From a virus: a stretch of DNA of 42,387 nt. Every line of letters begins with the position of its first letter. Within the stretch, counting starts at the first letter, position 1. A program made the translations under genes and the position numbers. The stretch covers positions 1 through 42,387 of IMG/VR virus record IMGVR_UViG_3300038406_000091. One strand, written 5' to 3'. Below the pieces are notes generated by a model. That model was not told where the DNA came from, did no database searches, and saw nothing but the letters and a program-made list of their open reading frames with translations. Of the stretch, positions 40,996 to 42,387 are shown piece by piece.

Positions 40996-41899
40996 GGTCG
41001 ATCATCTCGCCGATCATGGATTGGAACGTGTGCTTCGGCTCCCAACCGAGCTTGGTCTTGGCCTTTGTTGCATCGCCGATAAGACAATCCACATCGGCGG
41101 GGCGATAAAAGGCCTTGTCCGTCTTGACGTAGGGGGACCAGTCTTGAATGCCGACGTAACCGAAGGCGGCATCAAGAAGGTCGCGGATGCTTCTGGTTTC
41201 GCCGGTCGCCAGTACAAAGTCGTCCGGCATGTCTTGTTGAAGCATGAGCCACATGCCGTAGACGAAGTCTTCGGCGTGGCCCCAGTCTCGCTTGGCGTCC
41301 AGGTTTCCGAGCGTGATATGCGATCTTTTCCCCTGCACGATCTCCGCGACTCCGTCACAGACCTTCCGGGTAACGAAGTCCTTCCCTCTTAGCGGGGATT
41401 CGTGGTTGAAGAGGATTCCGTTACAGGCAAAGAGCCCGTAGGACTCGCGGTAATTCACCGTCAGCCAGTAAGACGCGAGCTTTGCCGCCCCGTACGGACT
41501 CCGGGGATAGAACGTCGTCTTCTCGCTCTGTGGCGGGGGCGAGTTGCCGAACAGCTCAGACGTGGACGCCTGATAGAACCTGGAATGCGTGTGTTTCACC
41601 GCCTCCAGGATGTTCAGCGTCCCCAGAGCGTTGATCTCGAACGTCGTCCGGGGGATCTTGAAAGATTCTCCGACGTGGGACATCGCCGCGAGGTTGTACA
41701 CCTCGTCGGGATTGATCTTCTTGATGATGTTTCCTATCCCAGGATCGGTAACGTCGCCCTCGATGACGTTCACGTCTGGGACCTGCTTCGGTTGGGAGGT
41801 TCGTCGTACCAACCCATAGACCTCGTACCCCTTGGAAAGGAGTAATTTGGACAAATAGTGTCCGTCCTGGCCTGTGAGGCCAGTTATGAATGCGCGCAT
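40979..41899 (-). CDS. gmd: GDP-mannose 4,6-dehydratase
   Basis: 306 aa. '[12 protein letters not shown]', '[10 protein letters not shown]', 'SPYGAAKL', '[17 protein letters not shown]', '[13 protein letters not shown]' are canonical Gmd/SDR motifs. Confidence 0.93.
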   Translation of the reverse strand: MRAFITGLTGQDGHYLSKLLLSKGYEVYGLVRRTSQPKQVPDVNVIEGDVTDPGIGNIIKKINPDEVYNLAAMSHVGESFKIPRTTFEINALGTLNILEAVKHTHSRFYQASTSELFGNSPPPQSEKTTFYPRSPYGAAKLASYWLTVNYRESYGLFACNGILFNHESPLRGKDFVTRKVCDGVAEIVQGKRSHITLGNLDAKRDWGHAEDFVYGMWLMLQQDMPDDFVLATGETRSIRDLLDAAFGYVGIQDWSPYVKTDKAFYRPADVDCLIGDATKAKTKLGWEPKHTFQSMIGEMIDHALSV

Positions 41900-41903
41900 T
41901 TAG

Positions 41904-42386
41904 TTAGTCGCGGAAGGTTAGAGAGACAAGAATGTCTTTGGTGGGAAGTTTCTCCCTCCACCAAGACTCGGGCTTTACAGTGACATGGACGTTGGTGCCG
42001 TCCTTGAAAAACTTCTTCGCCGGCAGGGTCGATATCGACAGGACGACGAACTTATTCGCGTAACCGAAGATTTCGGAGAGAACCCCGTCCAATTCCTCTT
42101 CGGGAACGTGTTCCAGAACATCGGTGCAAATCACCCCGTCAAACGTCCCCAGAGGCTTGGTGTCGAGACCCTTAACACCGGGGTCGTACAGGGCGGGGAG
42201 AACCCCCCAACGCTTGTGGTACTGTTTCTCGGTGTACTGGAGTCCCTTTCCACAGCCGTAGTCGAGCAGTGTCTTGGCGCCCGTTTCCTTGACCAGTCGT
42301 TCGATTTCCTTGAGGGACGATTTGACGGAGAAGCCCTTGAACTTCCCCGCCTCGTGAAGCGCCCTATACTCCTGACGATATTTCAC
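41904..42386 (-). CDS. Class I SAM-dependent methyltransferase
   Basis: 160 aa. 'TLLDYGCGKG' motif I and 'FDGVICTDVLEHV'. The GTG start lies inside the terminal repeat and overlaps the end of ORF 104..820 by 23 nt once the ends are joined. Confidence 0.7.
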   Translation of the reverse strand: MKYRQEYRALHEAGKFKGFSVKSSLKEIERLVKETGAKTLLDYGCGKGLQYTEKQYHKRWGVLPALYDPGVKGLDTKPLGTFDGVICTDVLEHVPEEELDGVLSEIFGYANKFVVLSISTLPAKKFFKDGTNVHVTVKPESWWREKLPTKDILVSLTFRD

Positions 42387-42387
42387 G
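42261..42387. repeat. Terminal direct repeat, copy 2 (identical to 1..127)
   Basis: Read base by base against 1..127. Confidence 0.95.

Noticed and set aside
39326-42387. Idea that the sugar cassette hypermodifies phage DNA (as with glucosyl-hmC)
   Set aside because: The genome has no recognisable dCMP/dUMP hydroxymethylase, thymidylate-synthase-like, deaminase or DNA-base-modifying gene. Known DNA glycosylation systems do not use GDP-deoxyhexoses. Protein or envelope glycans are the more economical explanation.
1-42387. CRISPR arrays, transposases/IS elements, reverse transcriptases (retron/DGR), toxin-antitoxin pairs
   Set aside because: I looked for regularly spaced direct repeats, DDE/RT motifs and template/variable repeat pairs near the tail-fibre gene. 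None was seen by eye.

Overview
The window is a whole phage genome. Bases 1..127 are repeated exactly at 42261..42387, so the unique sequence is about 42.26 kb and closes into a circle. A methyltransferase gene is only complete when the two ends are joined.

The organisation is temperate and lambdoid, with four blocks:
- A divergent switch: CI-like repressor (13259..13660 +) and Cro-like protein (12950..13174 -).
- A minus-strand early operon (13174 down to 5417): an HTH regulator, a replication initiator with internal iteron-like repeats, DnaB, an HNH endonuclease, NinB-like, Ref-like and VRR-NUC-like nucleases, and a possible Q-like protein.
- A plus-strand early/accessory operon (13990 to 21734): many tiny ORFs, a DUF669-type SSB ending in DDDIPF, a Gp157-like protein, a phage-type Dam methylase, four consecutive Zn-ribbon mini-proteins, an Xis-like protein and a tyrosine integrase. 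It ends at a tRNA-Arg(ACG)-like attP candidate (21762..21828).
- One very long minus-strand late operon. It starts at a near-consensus promoter (5384..5413), crosses the contig junction and ends at 21928. In order it carries a T5orf172 gene, a terminator, an aberrant tRNA-like gene, small ORFs, a TerS candidate, a glycan cassette, TerL, portal, scaffold, an N4-gp56-like capsid, T7-like tubular tail proteins, internal virion proteins, a tail fibre, a lysis cassette and an HTH-phosphoesterase.

The most unusual content is a translationally coupled cassette of about nine genes wedged between the TerS candidate and terL. It holds Gmd, a ColD-type 3-dehydratase, a SAM methyltransferase, four different glycosyltransferase-like proteins and two small ORFs.

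A separate opposite-strand Acyltransferase_3 (O-acetylase-like) moron overlaps the 3' end of the tail-fibre gene.

All functional calls come from motif and sequence recognition by eye. No searches or folding programs were run. Several coordinates differ from the ORF track because I chose internal starts that give stop/start coupling, and I added ORFs under 60 aa that the track omits.
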